This document shows positions 40,677 to 49,787 of a stretch of 64,000 bases of DNA, piece by piece. A program made the translations under genes and the position numbers. The notes below the pieces were generated by a model. That model was given only the letters and a program-made list of their open reading frames with translations, was not told where the DNA came from and did no database searches. The DNA comes from an uncultured bacterium (lineage in GTDB: Bacteria > Acidobacteriota > Thermoanaerobaculia > Multivoradales > JAHZIX01), in the NCBI GenBank assembly GCA_965368975.1, contig CBDUPA010000003.1, forward strand, positions 192,001-256,000. The letters run 5' to 3'. The first letter of the stretch is position 1, and every line of letters begins with the position of its first letter.

Positions 40677-41909
40677 ATGGACCCTCATCTATCCCTCTAT
40701 CTTCCTATCGCCGCGGCTCCCGGCCTGGATGGTTTGCCGGCGCTGCTGTTCACGGTCTTCGTCGCTCTGTCGATCTCGTTTCTGTGCTCGATCTTGGAGG
40801 CGACGCTGCTCAGCAGCCGCATCCCGAGCCTCACCGCGCGGCGCGACGAAGGTGACGTCGGCGCAGAGATCTTGCTCGGACTCAAGCAAGAGAACGTCGA
40901 CGACGCGATCAGCGCCATCCTGACGCTCAACACCATCGCTCACACCATCGGTGCGGCAGTCGCGGGTGCCCAGGCGGCCGTGGTCTTCGGTGACGCCTGG
41001 GTGGGCGTCTTTTCCGGGATCTTGACCGTCCTCGTGCTGGTGGTCACGGAGATCATTCCGAAGACCATCGGAACCGTCTACGCGTCGGCCCTGGTGGGTT
41101 TCGTAGGACGCACGATCCGTGTGTTGATCGTGCTGCTGAAGCCGATTCTCTTCCTCACGGGGCTGGTCACGCGCGCGGTCGCCCATGGTGCCGAGGCGCG
41201 CGGAGTCTCGCGCTCGGAGGTGGCGGCTCTGGTGACGTTGGCGGCGGAGGAGGGGGCGCTGCAGTCGCACGAGACTCGGATGTTGGAGAGCGTGCTCAGC
41301 TACGAGTCGATCCTGGTGCAGGACGTCATGACGCCGCGGACGGTGGTGACCATGCTGGCCGCGGACACGCCGATCGGCGAATTGCTACAGGCGGACAAGC
41401 CGCTGCCGTTCTCGCGTCTGCCGCTGTTCGAGAGTACGCGCGACAATGTGATCGGCTACGTTCTGCAACGCGAGGTGCTCTGGCACGCCGCCTGTGATCT
41501 CGATCCTCAAACACCGGTGCGCGAGCTGATGCGTCCGCTGGGCTACATTCCGGAGACCGACTCAGTAGCCCGTGTGTTGCGCTCGTTGATCGAGGCCAAG
41601 GCGCACATGGCCGTGGTCGGCGACGAGTTCGGCGGTGCGGTGGGAGTTGTGACGCTGGAGGATCTGGTCGAGACGGTACTGGGGATCGAGATCATCGACG
41701 AGAGTGATGAGGTGGTCGATCTGCGCGAGGTGGCGAAGCAGTTGCGGGTGAAGCGTCTGCAGGAGCGTGGCCTGCAGTGGCAGGCGGACGAGGCGGCTCG
41801 GGTGGCGCAGGAGAAGGCTGACTTGTTGGAGAGCTCTCAAGAGGAAGAGCGGAAGTCGGAGCCGGCTGTTGTACAGACGGGCGCTCCGGAGCCAAGGCCG
41901 GAAGAGTAA
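40677..41909 (+). CDS. CNNM/DUF21-CBS (HlyC/CorC-family) membrane protein
   Basis: SFLCSILEA, ILTLNTIA, EIIPKT, VMTPR, FSRLP, DEFGG..G.VTLED..E..G.EI.DE.D; extended -10 TGCTATACT upstream. Confidence 0.92.
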   Translation: MDPHLSLYLPIAAAPGLDGLPALLFTVFVALSISFLCSILEATLLSSRIPSLTARRDEGDVGAEILLGLKQENVDDAISAILTLNTIAHTIGAAVAGAQAAVVFGDAWVGVFSGILTVLVLVVTEIIPKTIGTVYASALVGFVGRTIRVLIVLLKPILFLTGLVTRAVAHGAEARGVSRSEVAALVTLAAEEGALQSHETRMLESVLSYESILVQDVMTPRTVVTMLAADTPIGELLQADKPLPFSRLPLFESTRDNVIGYVLQREVLWHAACDLDPQTPVRELMRPLGYIPETDSVARVLRSLIEAKAHMAVVGDEFGGAVGVVTLEDLVETVLGIEIIDESDEVVDLREVAKQLRVKRLQERGLQWQADEAARVAQEKADLLESSQEEERKSEPAVVQTGAPEPRPEE

Positions 41910-44900
41910 AGCAGAAGGCGGTGCCGGTGGCGCCGGACTGGAACCACAGTTCACCGCCAAGTCGGTAGACGAGACTCTGAGCGTAGGCCAGGCTGACGGC
42001 ACCGGCGCCGGGGCTCGCACCGAGTCGGCCAAAGAGGCGGAAGACACGGGACATGTCGTCACGCTCCAGGCGGCGGCCATCGTGCCACACCTCGAAATGC
42101 CAGGTGGGCCCGTATTGGTGCAGCTCTCCAGTGTCTTCCGGCATGCGGGGGAGCTCTCTCGCGCTGATGCTGATGCAACCGCCTTGGTCGGGCAGCTGAT
42201 GCAGGGCGTGGCGCAGCAGGTTGTCGAAGATGATGCGCACGAAGTCGCGATCGGTCGACAGGCGCGGCAGCCCTGAAACGCGCACCTCGACGTGGCGTGC
42301 TGCGAGTTCCTGCTGCAGATCGTTGAGCGGCTGGCGTACGAGATCGCGCAGATCGACCTCGCGCGCCCGTGGCTGGCGGCGACTGAGGCGGGTGAAGTGC
42401 AGGAAGGAGTCGAGGAGCTGGTCGAGGCGTGCGGCGGCTTGATCGATGAAGTTCAGTGCTTCCCACACCTCGGGGTCGAGCTGGTCTGACCGCGGCGTTG
42501 CACCACTTGCATCCGTCTCGACTTGCGTCCTGGCTGGAAGGGAGCGGCGCAGCTCTCCGGCAAAGCCGCGCAAGTTGACCAAGGGAGCGCGCAGGTCGTG
42601 CGCGGCGAGGGCGATGATTTCGTCTTTCTCGCGGTCCAGCGCCTGCAAGCGCCGGTTGGCGGCGGCCAGGCGTTCCGATTGTAGGCTGACCTCGGCGGTT
42701 CTTGCGGCGACGCGCTGCTCGAGGGATCGGGTGTGCCCTTTGAGCTTGCGGATGCGCAGGTGGTGAATCGTGAGGGTGCTCAAGCCGACGACTGCACCCA
42801 GGATTGCGTAGAACCACCAGCTGAGGTGGTAGGGGCGTTGGCGCTGGAAGTCGAGGCTGGCGATACCCCCACTGGCAGCTCCGAGGAATGTCGCCTCGAG
42901 AGTGAGGACGTGGTGGCCGGGTTCCAGGTTGGTCAAGAAGAGATGGCGGTCCGTGCCGAGGTCGCTCCACGTTCCGTCGCGGTCGAGACGGTAGCGATAG
43001 CGCAGACGCTCGGCGCGGCCGGGACTGATGCCGGTGAAACGCAACTCGAGATCATCCTCGTGGCTGTGTAGGCGTAGTTCTTCGCCGCCCGTGAGGTCGA
43101 CCCGGCGCGTCGAATTGACGACGGCGCTGACGAAGCGCGGCGGCGGCAGCGGGACGGAGGGGGCCAGTTGGCTGGGATCGATGCGTACGGCGCCACCGAG
43201 GGTAGGGAACCAGAGAAAGCCATCGCGATCCCGCAGGCCGGCGGGTTGGTGACCGCCGGTGCAGCCGCTGGCGGGCAGGCCGTCGTTCAAGCTGAAGTGA
43301 TCGGCCTGCAGCCGGCTGCGCTGACCCGTGACGAGTTCGGTCAGCTGTTCGCGGTCGAGGCTGTAGATGCCACGGTTGTGACTGATCCAGAGCTGACCCT
43401 TGTCACCACGCAAGACGCGAAACACGAAGTCGTCGGGCAGACCCTCGGCTTCGGTGAAATGGTGGACGGGGCCGGTGTTCTGCTGAACCTGGGGGTTGCG
43501 GGGGAACCAGAAGAGGCCGTCGCCGTAGGTGCCAACCCAGAGGTCGTCGAAGCCATCGCGGTGCAGGTCGAAGACCATGGCCTGGCGGAGGACGTCAGGC
43601 CGATACGGGGTCAGGGTGCCGCCGGGCGCGAGCCGAGTCAGGCCAGCCCGAGTGCCGAACCAGAGATTGCCGTCGGCATCCTCGTCGATGACGTGAACCC
43701 AGGGGTGGGTGAGGCCGTCTTCGAGGCCGAAACTCCTCCAGGATTGCCCGTCAAAGCGGCTGAGGCCGCCGCGCGTACCGACCCACAGCACGCCGTTGCG
43801 GTCCCGTAGCAGCGACATGACGAAGCCGTGGACGGGGCCTACTGCCGGTCCGGCCTCCGGGCCGTAGCGCAGGAAACGGCCGCCCTGGCGATGAAACAGG
43901 CCGTCACGGGTTCCTACCCAGAGGCTATCGTCCGTGTCGACCAGCAACGAAACGACGAAGTCGTTGCTCAGCCCTTGGGCAGGTCCGTAGGTGGAGATGG
44001 TGCCGTCCGGTGACAAGCGGTTGAGACCTTGCTGCGTTCCGATCCACAGCCCACCTTCGGAGTCTTGGGCAAGGGAAGAGGTGACGGAGGCCGACAACCC
44101 TTCGGCCGGCGTCCACGGCGTGAAGGTCGGCTGACGCAGGTGCACGAGACCCAGGAAGGTGCCGACCCAGAGGTTCTCGGCCGGGTCCAGGTACAAGCAG
44201 CGGATGCTGTCGGTCGGCAGCCGGTGGGCCTGGCCGAGAACCTGGCGACTTCCACCCAGACGTGGCTCAGAGCTGCCTGGCAGGCGCCAGAGGCCGGTGT
44301 CGGCGGCGATCCAGAGGACCCCCTGGGGGTCTTGCAGGAGCTGGTTGATGGTGCCGCTAGGGAGGGCATGGGCAGCTCCCTCGACAGCTGAGTGGAACTC
44401 TGGGTCCGGAGGCTGTGGCGACGCGGGCTGCCACGCGTCGTCGGCGAAGATCGCCAGACCGTTGGCTGTGCCAACCCAGAGGGTGCCGGTGTCGTCGTAG
44501 AGCAGGGCACGGATGTCCGCCGAAGCCGCCGTCGGACCGCCTGTTGCGGGACCCCCGTGATCGAGCAGGGTCTCACCGTCCCAGGAGCGCAGTCCGCCAC
44601 GGGTGCCGATCCACAGCGTCGAGCCGACGTGGAGTAGAGCGTTGACGTAGGCTGTGTCCTGCACGGTCGAGGGAGTTACGGCTCGGTCTCGTGCGAGCTG
44701 CTCGCCGGCTGGTGGGCCGTCCAGCGGCAGCGGGGTGAAGCGGTCCCCTTGCTGCACGAACAGGCCGCGCGGCGTCCCTATCCACAGACGGCCGCGCTCG
44801 TCGTGAACCAAGGCGTGAATGGCTGTTGCTGGCAGCCCGACCTCGGCTCCGAGTGCCGAGAAGCTGCCGCTGCCGTGCTGGGGGTCGTCGCCGGTCGGGC

Positions 44901-45357
44901 GATAGCGTCCCAGGCCGCGCGGCGTGCCGAGCCAGAAGCCACCCGCGCCGTCCGCCAACAGCACATCGACCTGATCGTGCAGCAGGCCATGACGCATCGG
45001 CCGGAAGGTCTCGAAGGACGTGCCGTCGAAGCGTGCCAGTCCTTGCTGTGTTCCGATCCACAGGTAGCCGTCACGGGTCTGGGTGATGCTGGAAATAACG
45101 GACTGCGGTAGTCCGTTGCGCGTGTCCCAGGTAGTGATGTCGAGCTGACTGAGGTGGAGTCCCGGGGCGAGGGCGTTCGCGGCAGATGCGAAGAGGAGCA
45201 GCAGAGTGGAGGCGGCGCGGTAGGCGCTGGCGAGGCGACGGCTGGTGCCTTGGTCCCAGGCTCGCTGGATGCGCGGCAGGCGAAAGCTCGACAGCGCCAG
45301 GCTGCAAGGAGCAAACCGGCTCGATCGGCGGGGCTTAGCCTTCGCCTGCGGCATCAT
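41692..45357 (-). CDS. Sensor histidine-kinase-like protein (Reg_prop beta-propellers, Y_Y_Y, TM, HisKA, degenerate HATPase)
   Basis: Many D..G.LW.GT..GL repeats; H-box AAHDLRAPL; N and G boxes degenerate; ATG 45357 preferred over 45447. Confidence 0.85.
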   Translation of the reverse strand: MMPQAKAKPRRSSRFAPCSLALSSFRLPRIQRAWDQGTSRRLASAYRAASTLLLLFASAANALAPGLHLSQLDITTWDTRNGLPQSVISSITQTRDGYLWIGTQQGLARFDGTSFETFRPMRHGLLHDQVDVLLADGAGGFWLGTPRGLGRYRPTGDDPQHGSGSFSALGAEVGLPATAIHALVHDERGRLWIGTPRGLFVQQGDRFTPLPLDGPPAGEQLARDRAVTPSTVQDTAYVNALLHVGSTLWIGTRGGLRSWDGETLLDHGGPATGGPTAASADIRALLYDDTGTLWVGTANGLAIFADDAWQPASPQPPDPEFHSAVEGAAHALPSGTINQLLQDPQGVLWIAADTGLWRLPGSSEPRLGGSRQVLGQAHRLPTDSIRCLYLDPAENLWVGTFLGLVHLRQPTFTPWTPAEGLSASVTSSLAQDSEGGLWIGTQQGLNRLSPDGTISTYGPAQGLSNDFVVSLLVDTDDSLWVGTRDGLFHRQGGRFLRYGPEAGPAVGPVHGFVMSLLRDRNGVLWVGTRGGLSRFDGQSWRSFGLEDGLTHPWVHVIDEDADGNLWFGTRAGLTRLAPGGTLTPYRPDVLRQAMVFDLHRDGFDDLWVGTYGDGLFWFPRNPQVQQNTGPVHHFTEAEGLPDDFVFRVLRGDKGQLWISHNRGIYSLDREQLTELVTGQRSRLQADHFSLNDGLPASGCTGGHQPAGLRDRDGFLWFPTLGGAVRIDPSQLAPSVPLPPPRFVSAVVNSTRRVDLTGGEELRLHSHEDDLELRFTGISPGRAERLRYRYRLDRDGTWSDLGTDRHLFLTNLEPGHHVLTLEATFLGAASGGIASLDFQRQRPYHLSWWFYAILGAVVGLSTLTIHHLRIRKLKGHTRSLEQRVAARTAEVSLQSERLAAANRRLQALDREKDEIIALAAHDLRAPLVNLRGFAGELRRSLPARTQVETDASGATPRSDQLDPEVWEALNFIDQAAARLDQLLDSFLHFTRLSRRQPRAREVDLRDLVRQPLNDLQQELAARHVEVRVSGLPRLSTDRDFVRIIFDNLLRHALHQLPDQGGCISISARELPRMPEDTGELHQYGPTWHFEVWHDGRRLERDDMSRVFRLFGRLGASPGAGAVSLAYAQSLVYRLGGELWFQSGATGTAFCFTLPALAPERPSVQQPAPTSALPLESSPTSQPSPAPPEPPRPPATAGHAPADASPATASPPRADRPPHHSRR

Positions 45358-45585
45358 GCTTCTCCACAAGAGATCTCGACGAAATGGTTTTAGCGGGTTT
45401 TTGTCGCCAGGGACGAGCAAGCCCGCGTTCTGCGGGAACCAAGCCATCTGTCAAGAGATTGCCCGCTGGAGGAGGGGCTCCGAGGGGCGAAAACAACCAA
45501 TGAGAGATGAGGGTATCGTGGGGAAGGCTATGGTGTCCAGCTCGGGTCGGCGCCGCCAGACCTAGGGCTCAGCAAGACCTCAGGC

Positions 45586-46911
45586 TCAGCGACCGACCGC
45601 CGCTAGATGGACTCGGTTGCGGCCCCCACGCTTGGCTCGGTAGAGCGACGTGTCGGCGAGTTCTAGGACGTCCGGCGCTTTGCGCTGCGCCGGCCCGCGC
45701 TGGGCCGCGCCGATCGAGACGGTCACGCGCAGTTGATTCTGACGTCTGGCAGGCGCCTGGCCCCGGTTCTTGCGGTCGTTCGCCTTGGGGGTCTTGCGTG
45801 CTGGCCGGGGTGCTCGGCGCACCATGAAAGCTGTGTCGGCAATGCGCTGGCGCAGAGCCTCCAGGTGTTCTCCGGCTTCGACCAGGTTACGGCCTGGAAA
45901 GACGATCGTGAACTCCTCGCCGCCGTACCGGTACGCGTGTCCGCCGCCGCCGACCGTGTGCAGCTGTGCCGCGACCATGCGCAAAACCTGGTCGCCGACG
46001 TCGTGGCCGTGGCGGTCGTTGAGTTTCTTGAAGTGGTCGATGTCGACCATCGCCAGAGAGTAGCGGCCGGACAGCTGGCGTAAGCGATCTTGGAGGGCCC
46101 GCCGCCCGGGCAGTCCCGTCAGCTCGTCGCGGTAGGCGAGGGCGTAGCTGACCTCCAGCGTCGTCAGACCGAGCAAGAGGGTGCCGAGGCCGAGCAAGAG
46201 ATGCGCGCGTGGCTGCAAGGCCAAGGTTTCGAGGCTGTGGTGAGGCGGCCAGACGAGGAGCGGGACGGCGAGCGAGACCCAGGCGAAGGCGCGCGGCACT
46301 GGGTCGCGGGTGGGCAGGTAGCGGCCCAACTGCACGCAGGCGAGCAAGCCGAAGAAGGCCAAGTGCGGCCACGGTACGCCTGCCTCCGGCAGGCCCAAGT
46401 GCTGGTCGATCCAGCCTCCGGCGTCACCGACGAGCCAGCGGACCAGGGGCGAGGCCAGGGCATCCTCGATCTGCCCGTCTGCCGCCGCCGTCCGTCGTAC
46501 CACCCAGGCGATGAGCGCGGCGGGTAGCAGGAAGAGGGTCAGTTGCAGACCACCTTTGAGGGTCAGCAGACCGCGCTCCGGTAGCAGGGACGCGGCCAAC
46601 AAGGCCAGGCCGGCGAGGAAGGGCAGCAGGGTCAGCAGGCGTGCGAGGAGTTCCTCCAAGGGCGCGCTCGTGCTCGAGGTGACGAACAAGTGGACGGCCT
46701 GATCGCTCAGAGCCAGGACCACGATGCCGAAGATCAGCCGGCTGCGGTGGAAGCGAGCGGCGAGCAAGGCTAGGACCAGGCACAGTGGCCACAAGGGCCA
46801 AGCCAAGAGCGTCGTGATGCCGGCTCCGGCTTCGAGCTGCCGCAGAGCCAGCCAGAGAAGCGCCAGGGCCGCGGCGCCGGGCCACAGGCAGGAAAACAGG
46901 CTGCGTATCAC
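45586..46911 (-). CDS. Membrane-bound diguanylate cyclase (GGEEF)
   Basis: Multiple TMs; DELTGL, DIDHFKKLND..GH..GD, RYGGEEF, VTVSIG; GTG 46911 overlaps the ppk1 stop. Confidence 0.92.
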   Translation of the reverse strand: MIRSLFSCLWPGAAALALLWLALRQLEAGAGITTLLAWPLWPLCLVLALLAARFHRSRLIFGIVVLALSDQAVHLFVTSSTSAPLEELLARLLTLLPFLAGLALLAASLLPERGLLTLKGGLQLTLFLLPAALIAWVVRRTAAADGQIEDALASPLVRWLVGDAGGWIDQHLGLPEAGVPWPHLAFFGLLACVQLGRYLPTRDPVPRAFAWVSLAVPLLVWPPHHSLETLALQPRAHLLLGLGTLLLGLTTLEVSYALAYRDELTGLPGRRALQDRLRQLSGRYSLAMVDIDHFKKLNDRHGHDVGDQVLRMVAAQLHTVGGGGHAYRYGGEEFTIVFPGRNLVEAGEHLEALRQRIADTAFMVRRAPRPARKTPKANDRKNRGQAPARRQNQLRVTVSIGAAQRGPAQRKAPDVLELADTSLYRAKRGGRNRVHLAAVGR

Positions 46912-49055
46912 TCCTGGCGCCACCTGCCACCGTTTTCGAGCAGCCACTCCTGCGAGTTCAGCGGTGCTTCACCCTCAGCAGGTTGTACACGCTCGTAGGT
47001 GCCATCGGGCAGCAGTCGCCGTGCCTTGACGGTGTCGCGAAGATGCAGGAAGAGGATGTCGTCGCGGATGGCGCGGCGCAGCGTCGGATCCTCGACAGGG
47101 AACAGCGTCTCGACGCGGCCGTCCAGGTTGCGCGGCATCAGGTCGGCGCTGCCCAGCAGGATGTCTTCTTCGCCGTGGTTGAAGAAGTAGTAGATACGGC
47201 TGTGTTCCAGGAAGCGGCCGACGATCGAAGTGACGCTGATCGTCTCACTGAGCCCCGGCACGCCGGGAACCAGACCGCAGATACCGCGCACTTGCAGGTC
47301 GATCTTGACGCCCGCTTGCGACGCTTTATAGAGCGCATCGATGCAGGCTTTGTCGACCAGCGCATTGCACTTGAAGGTGATGTGACCGTCGCCATGCTGG
47401 CGGTGCATGTCGATCTCGCGTCGGATGCGTCGCAGCAGTTCCGTGCGCATGCGTCGCGGAGCGACCAGCAGGTTGCGGTAGTGCTCCTTGAGCGAGTAGC
47501 CCGTCAGGGCATTGAACAGGTCCGAGCCGTCTTCGCCGATGCTGGGTTCGCAGGTGAACAGGCCGACATCGGTATAGATGCGGGCGGTGATCGGGTTGTA
47601 GTTGCCGGTCGACAGGTGCACGTAGCGGCGAATGCCATCGTGCTCTCGGCGCACGACCAGACAGATCTTGGCGTGTGTCTTGAGCCCCATCACGCCGTAG
47701 ACCACGTGCACGCCGGCTTGTTCCAGCGCGCGTGCCCAGACGATGTTGTTCTCTTCGTCAAAGCGAGCCTTGAGCTCGACCAGCACGGACACCTGTTTGC
47801 CGTTCTCGCGTGCCTCGCGCAAGGCCTGCACGATGGGCGAGTCGGGTCCGACGCGGTAGAGCGTCTGCTTGATCGCCAGTACGTGCTCGTCGCGAGCGGC
47901 AGCGCGCAGGAAGTCGACTACCAGGTGGAAGCTGTCGAAGGGGTGGTAGAGCAGGATATGCCGGTGGCGCCGCAGCATCGAGAAGATGCTCTCGTCTCGA
48001 TGTGGCTGCGGCCGCATCATCGGCTGAAAGGGCGGAAACTTGAGCGCAGGTCGTTCCAGACTGGGCAGTTGCGAGAGATCGGAAAAGCCGATCGGCGCAC
48101 GTGTTGTGTACACCTGGTAGGGCTCGAGTCCCAGGTTCTGGACCAGCAGGTCGCGGATGTTCGCTGGCATTGCCTCGTCGACTTCCAGGCGCACAGCGGA
48201 ACCGAACTGACGCTGGCCGACGACCTCGGTCATGGCGTCGAGCAGGTCGGCGGCCTCGTCTTCTTCGATGTCCAGGTCGGCGTCGCGCGTGACGCGGAAG
48301 GGATGGGCGTCGGTCACGGTGCAGCCAGGAAATAGTAGATCCAGGTTGGCGGCTACCAGCTCTTCCATCCAGATAAAGTTCGGGGCCTTCTCCTCTTCTA
48401 GCCCCAGCCGTTCGTAGTCGTCGGCGCGTTCTTCGTCCGGCACGCGCAGCAGGCGCGGCAAGATCGCCGGGACTTTGAGGCGCGCGAACCGCCGTCCCTG
48501 CTCCGGGTGCTCGACGATCACCGCCAGGTTGATGCTCAGGTTGGAGATGTGGGGGAAAGGATGGCTGGGATCGGTGGCCAGCGGTGTCAGCACGGGGAAG
48601 ATGCGTTCCTTGAACAGGCGTCGTAGTAGCTTGCGTTGTTTGCCCTTGAGCTGGTCGAAGTGCAGCACACGGATGTTGACTTGGGTGAGCTTCGGTAGAA
48701 GGTCGTCATGCCACAGAGCACTGCTGGTATCGAGCATGGGCAGCACCCGCTCGCGGATCGCGCTCAGTTGTTCCCGCGGCGTCATGCCGTCGGGTGGTGC
48801 TTCGAGTACCTCACCTTCGAGCTGCCGGCGCAAACCCGAAACGCGGATCATGAAGAACTCGTCGAGGTTGCTGGCGAAGATCGACAGGAAGCGCACGCGT
48901 TCGAGCAGCGGGTTACCGGTGTCCAGTGCCTCTTCGAGTACGCGGCGATTGAACTCCAGCCAGGACAGCTCGCGGTTGAAGTAGCGGACGGTCGAGGTGT
49001 GCTTCGGGCCTGGCGTCCGCTTGCGGGGACGTTTGGCGGTGTCGACTTCGGTCAT
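46908..49055 (-). CDS. ppk1: Polyphosphate kinase 1
   Basis: NRELSWLEFN.RVL, NLDEFFMIRV, HPFP, ELKARFDE, LKTHAK, GRFLEHSR, SADLM.RN. Confidence 0.97.
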   Translation of the reverse strand: MTEVDTAKRPRKRTPGPKHTSTVRYFNRELSWLEFNRRVLEEALDTGNPLLERVRFLSIFASNLDEFFMIRVSGLRRQLEGEVLEAPPDGMTPREQLSAIRERVLPMLDTSSALWHDDLLPKLTQVNIRVLHFDQLKGKQRKLLRRLFKERIFPVLTPLATDPSHPFPHISNLSINLAVIVEHPEQGRRFARLKVPAILPRLLRVPDEERADDYERLGLEEEKAPNFIWMEELVAANLDLLFPGCTVTDAHPFRVTRDADLDIEEDEAADLLDAMTEVVGQRQFGSAVRLEVDEAMPANIRDLLVQNLGLEPYQVYTTRAPIGFSDLSQLPSLERPALKFPPFQPMMRPQPHRDESIFSMLRRHRHILLYHPFDSFHLVVDFLRAAARDEHVLAIKQTLYRVGPDSPIVQALREARENGKQVSVLVELKARFDEENNIVWARALEQAGVHVVYGVMGLKTHAKICLVVRREHDGIRRYVHLSTGNYNPITARIYTDVGLFTCEPSIGEDGSDLFNALTGYSLKEHYRNLLVAPRRMRTELLRRIRREIDMHRQHGDGHITFKCNALVDKACIDALYKASQAGVKIDLQVRGICGLVPGVPGLSETISVTSIVGRFLEHSRIYYFFNHGEEDILLGSADLMPRNLDGRVETLFPVEDPTLRRAIRDDILFLHLRDTVKARRLLPDGTYERVQPAEGEAPLNSQEWLLENGGRWRQE

Positions 49056-49117
49056 GTGGCTGGCTCCCTGGCGGATGGGCTCGGCACGCGAGCACGGAGA
49101 AACGGTTAGATGAGGGT

Positions 49118-49657
49118 ATGCTACCGGATATGAGCCGGACTCTGATGTTACTCCGTCATGGCAAATCGGATTGGGCGGCCGATTTCGGCCACGATCGCGA
49201 CCGTCCGCTGGCTCCCCGAGGGCGGCGCGCGGCGCACCGAATAGGCCAGTTCGTGACTGCTGCCGGCTGGCTGCCGCAGCGCGTGCTCACGTCACCTGCC
49301 CGTCGGGCTGCAGGTACCGTCGAGCGTGCCGCCGAGGCCGGGGGATGGCTGCAGGTCCAGGATGATGGCAGTCGCTGCCCGGTGGTGATCGAGGAAGCCT
49401 TGTACGAGTCGACGCCCGAGCGTGTGCTCGAGGTGCTCAAGGCGCAGCCGCGCGAGGCCGAGCGCCTACTGCTGGCGGGCCACGAGCCGACATGGTCGCA
49501 GCTGGCGTCAAGGCTGATCGGAGGTGGTCGCCTGCGTGTCCCGACCGCGGCCCTGATCGGAGTTCGCTTCGATGCCGAGAGCTGGGCCGATGTGGCCTTC
49601 GCTGGTGGAGAGCTTCTTTTCTTGCTGCCAGCCCGTTGGCTCGATACAGAAGGGTAG
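49118..49657 (+). CDS. sixA: SixA-like histidine phosphatase
   Basis: LLRHGKS (RHG motif), RPL..RG, SPA.RA, GHEP. Confidence 0.88.
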   Translation: MLPDMSRTLMLLRHGKSDWAADFGHDRDRPLAPRGRRAAHRIGQFVTAAGWLPQRVLTSPARRAAGTVERAAEAGGWLQVQDDGSRCPVVIEEALYESTPERVLEVLKAQPREAERLLLAGHEPTWSQLASRLIGGGRLRVPTAALIGVRFDAESWADVAFAGGELLFLLPARWLDTEG

Positions 49658-49787
49658 CGCTGGCGGCCAGGCGAGGGCGGTAGGGTAGGGAAGGTAGGGA
49701 ACAGGGAAGAGCTTGCCGGCCTGGAGCCCCTCTGTTAGCCTCGGGCGCCCTCGGTTGCCTTGGGGGTTTGGCAAAGGAACTAGACGC

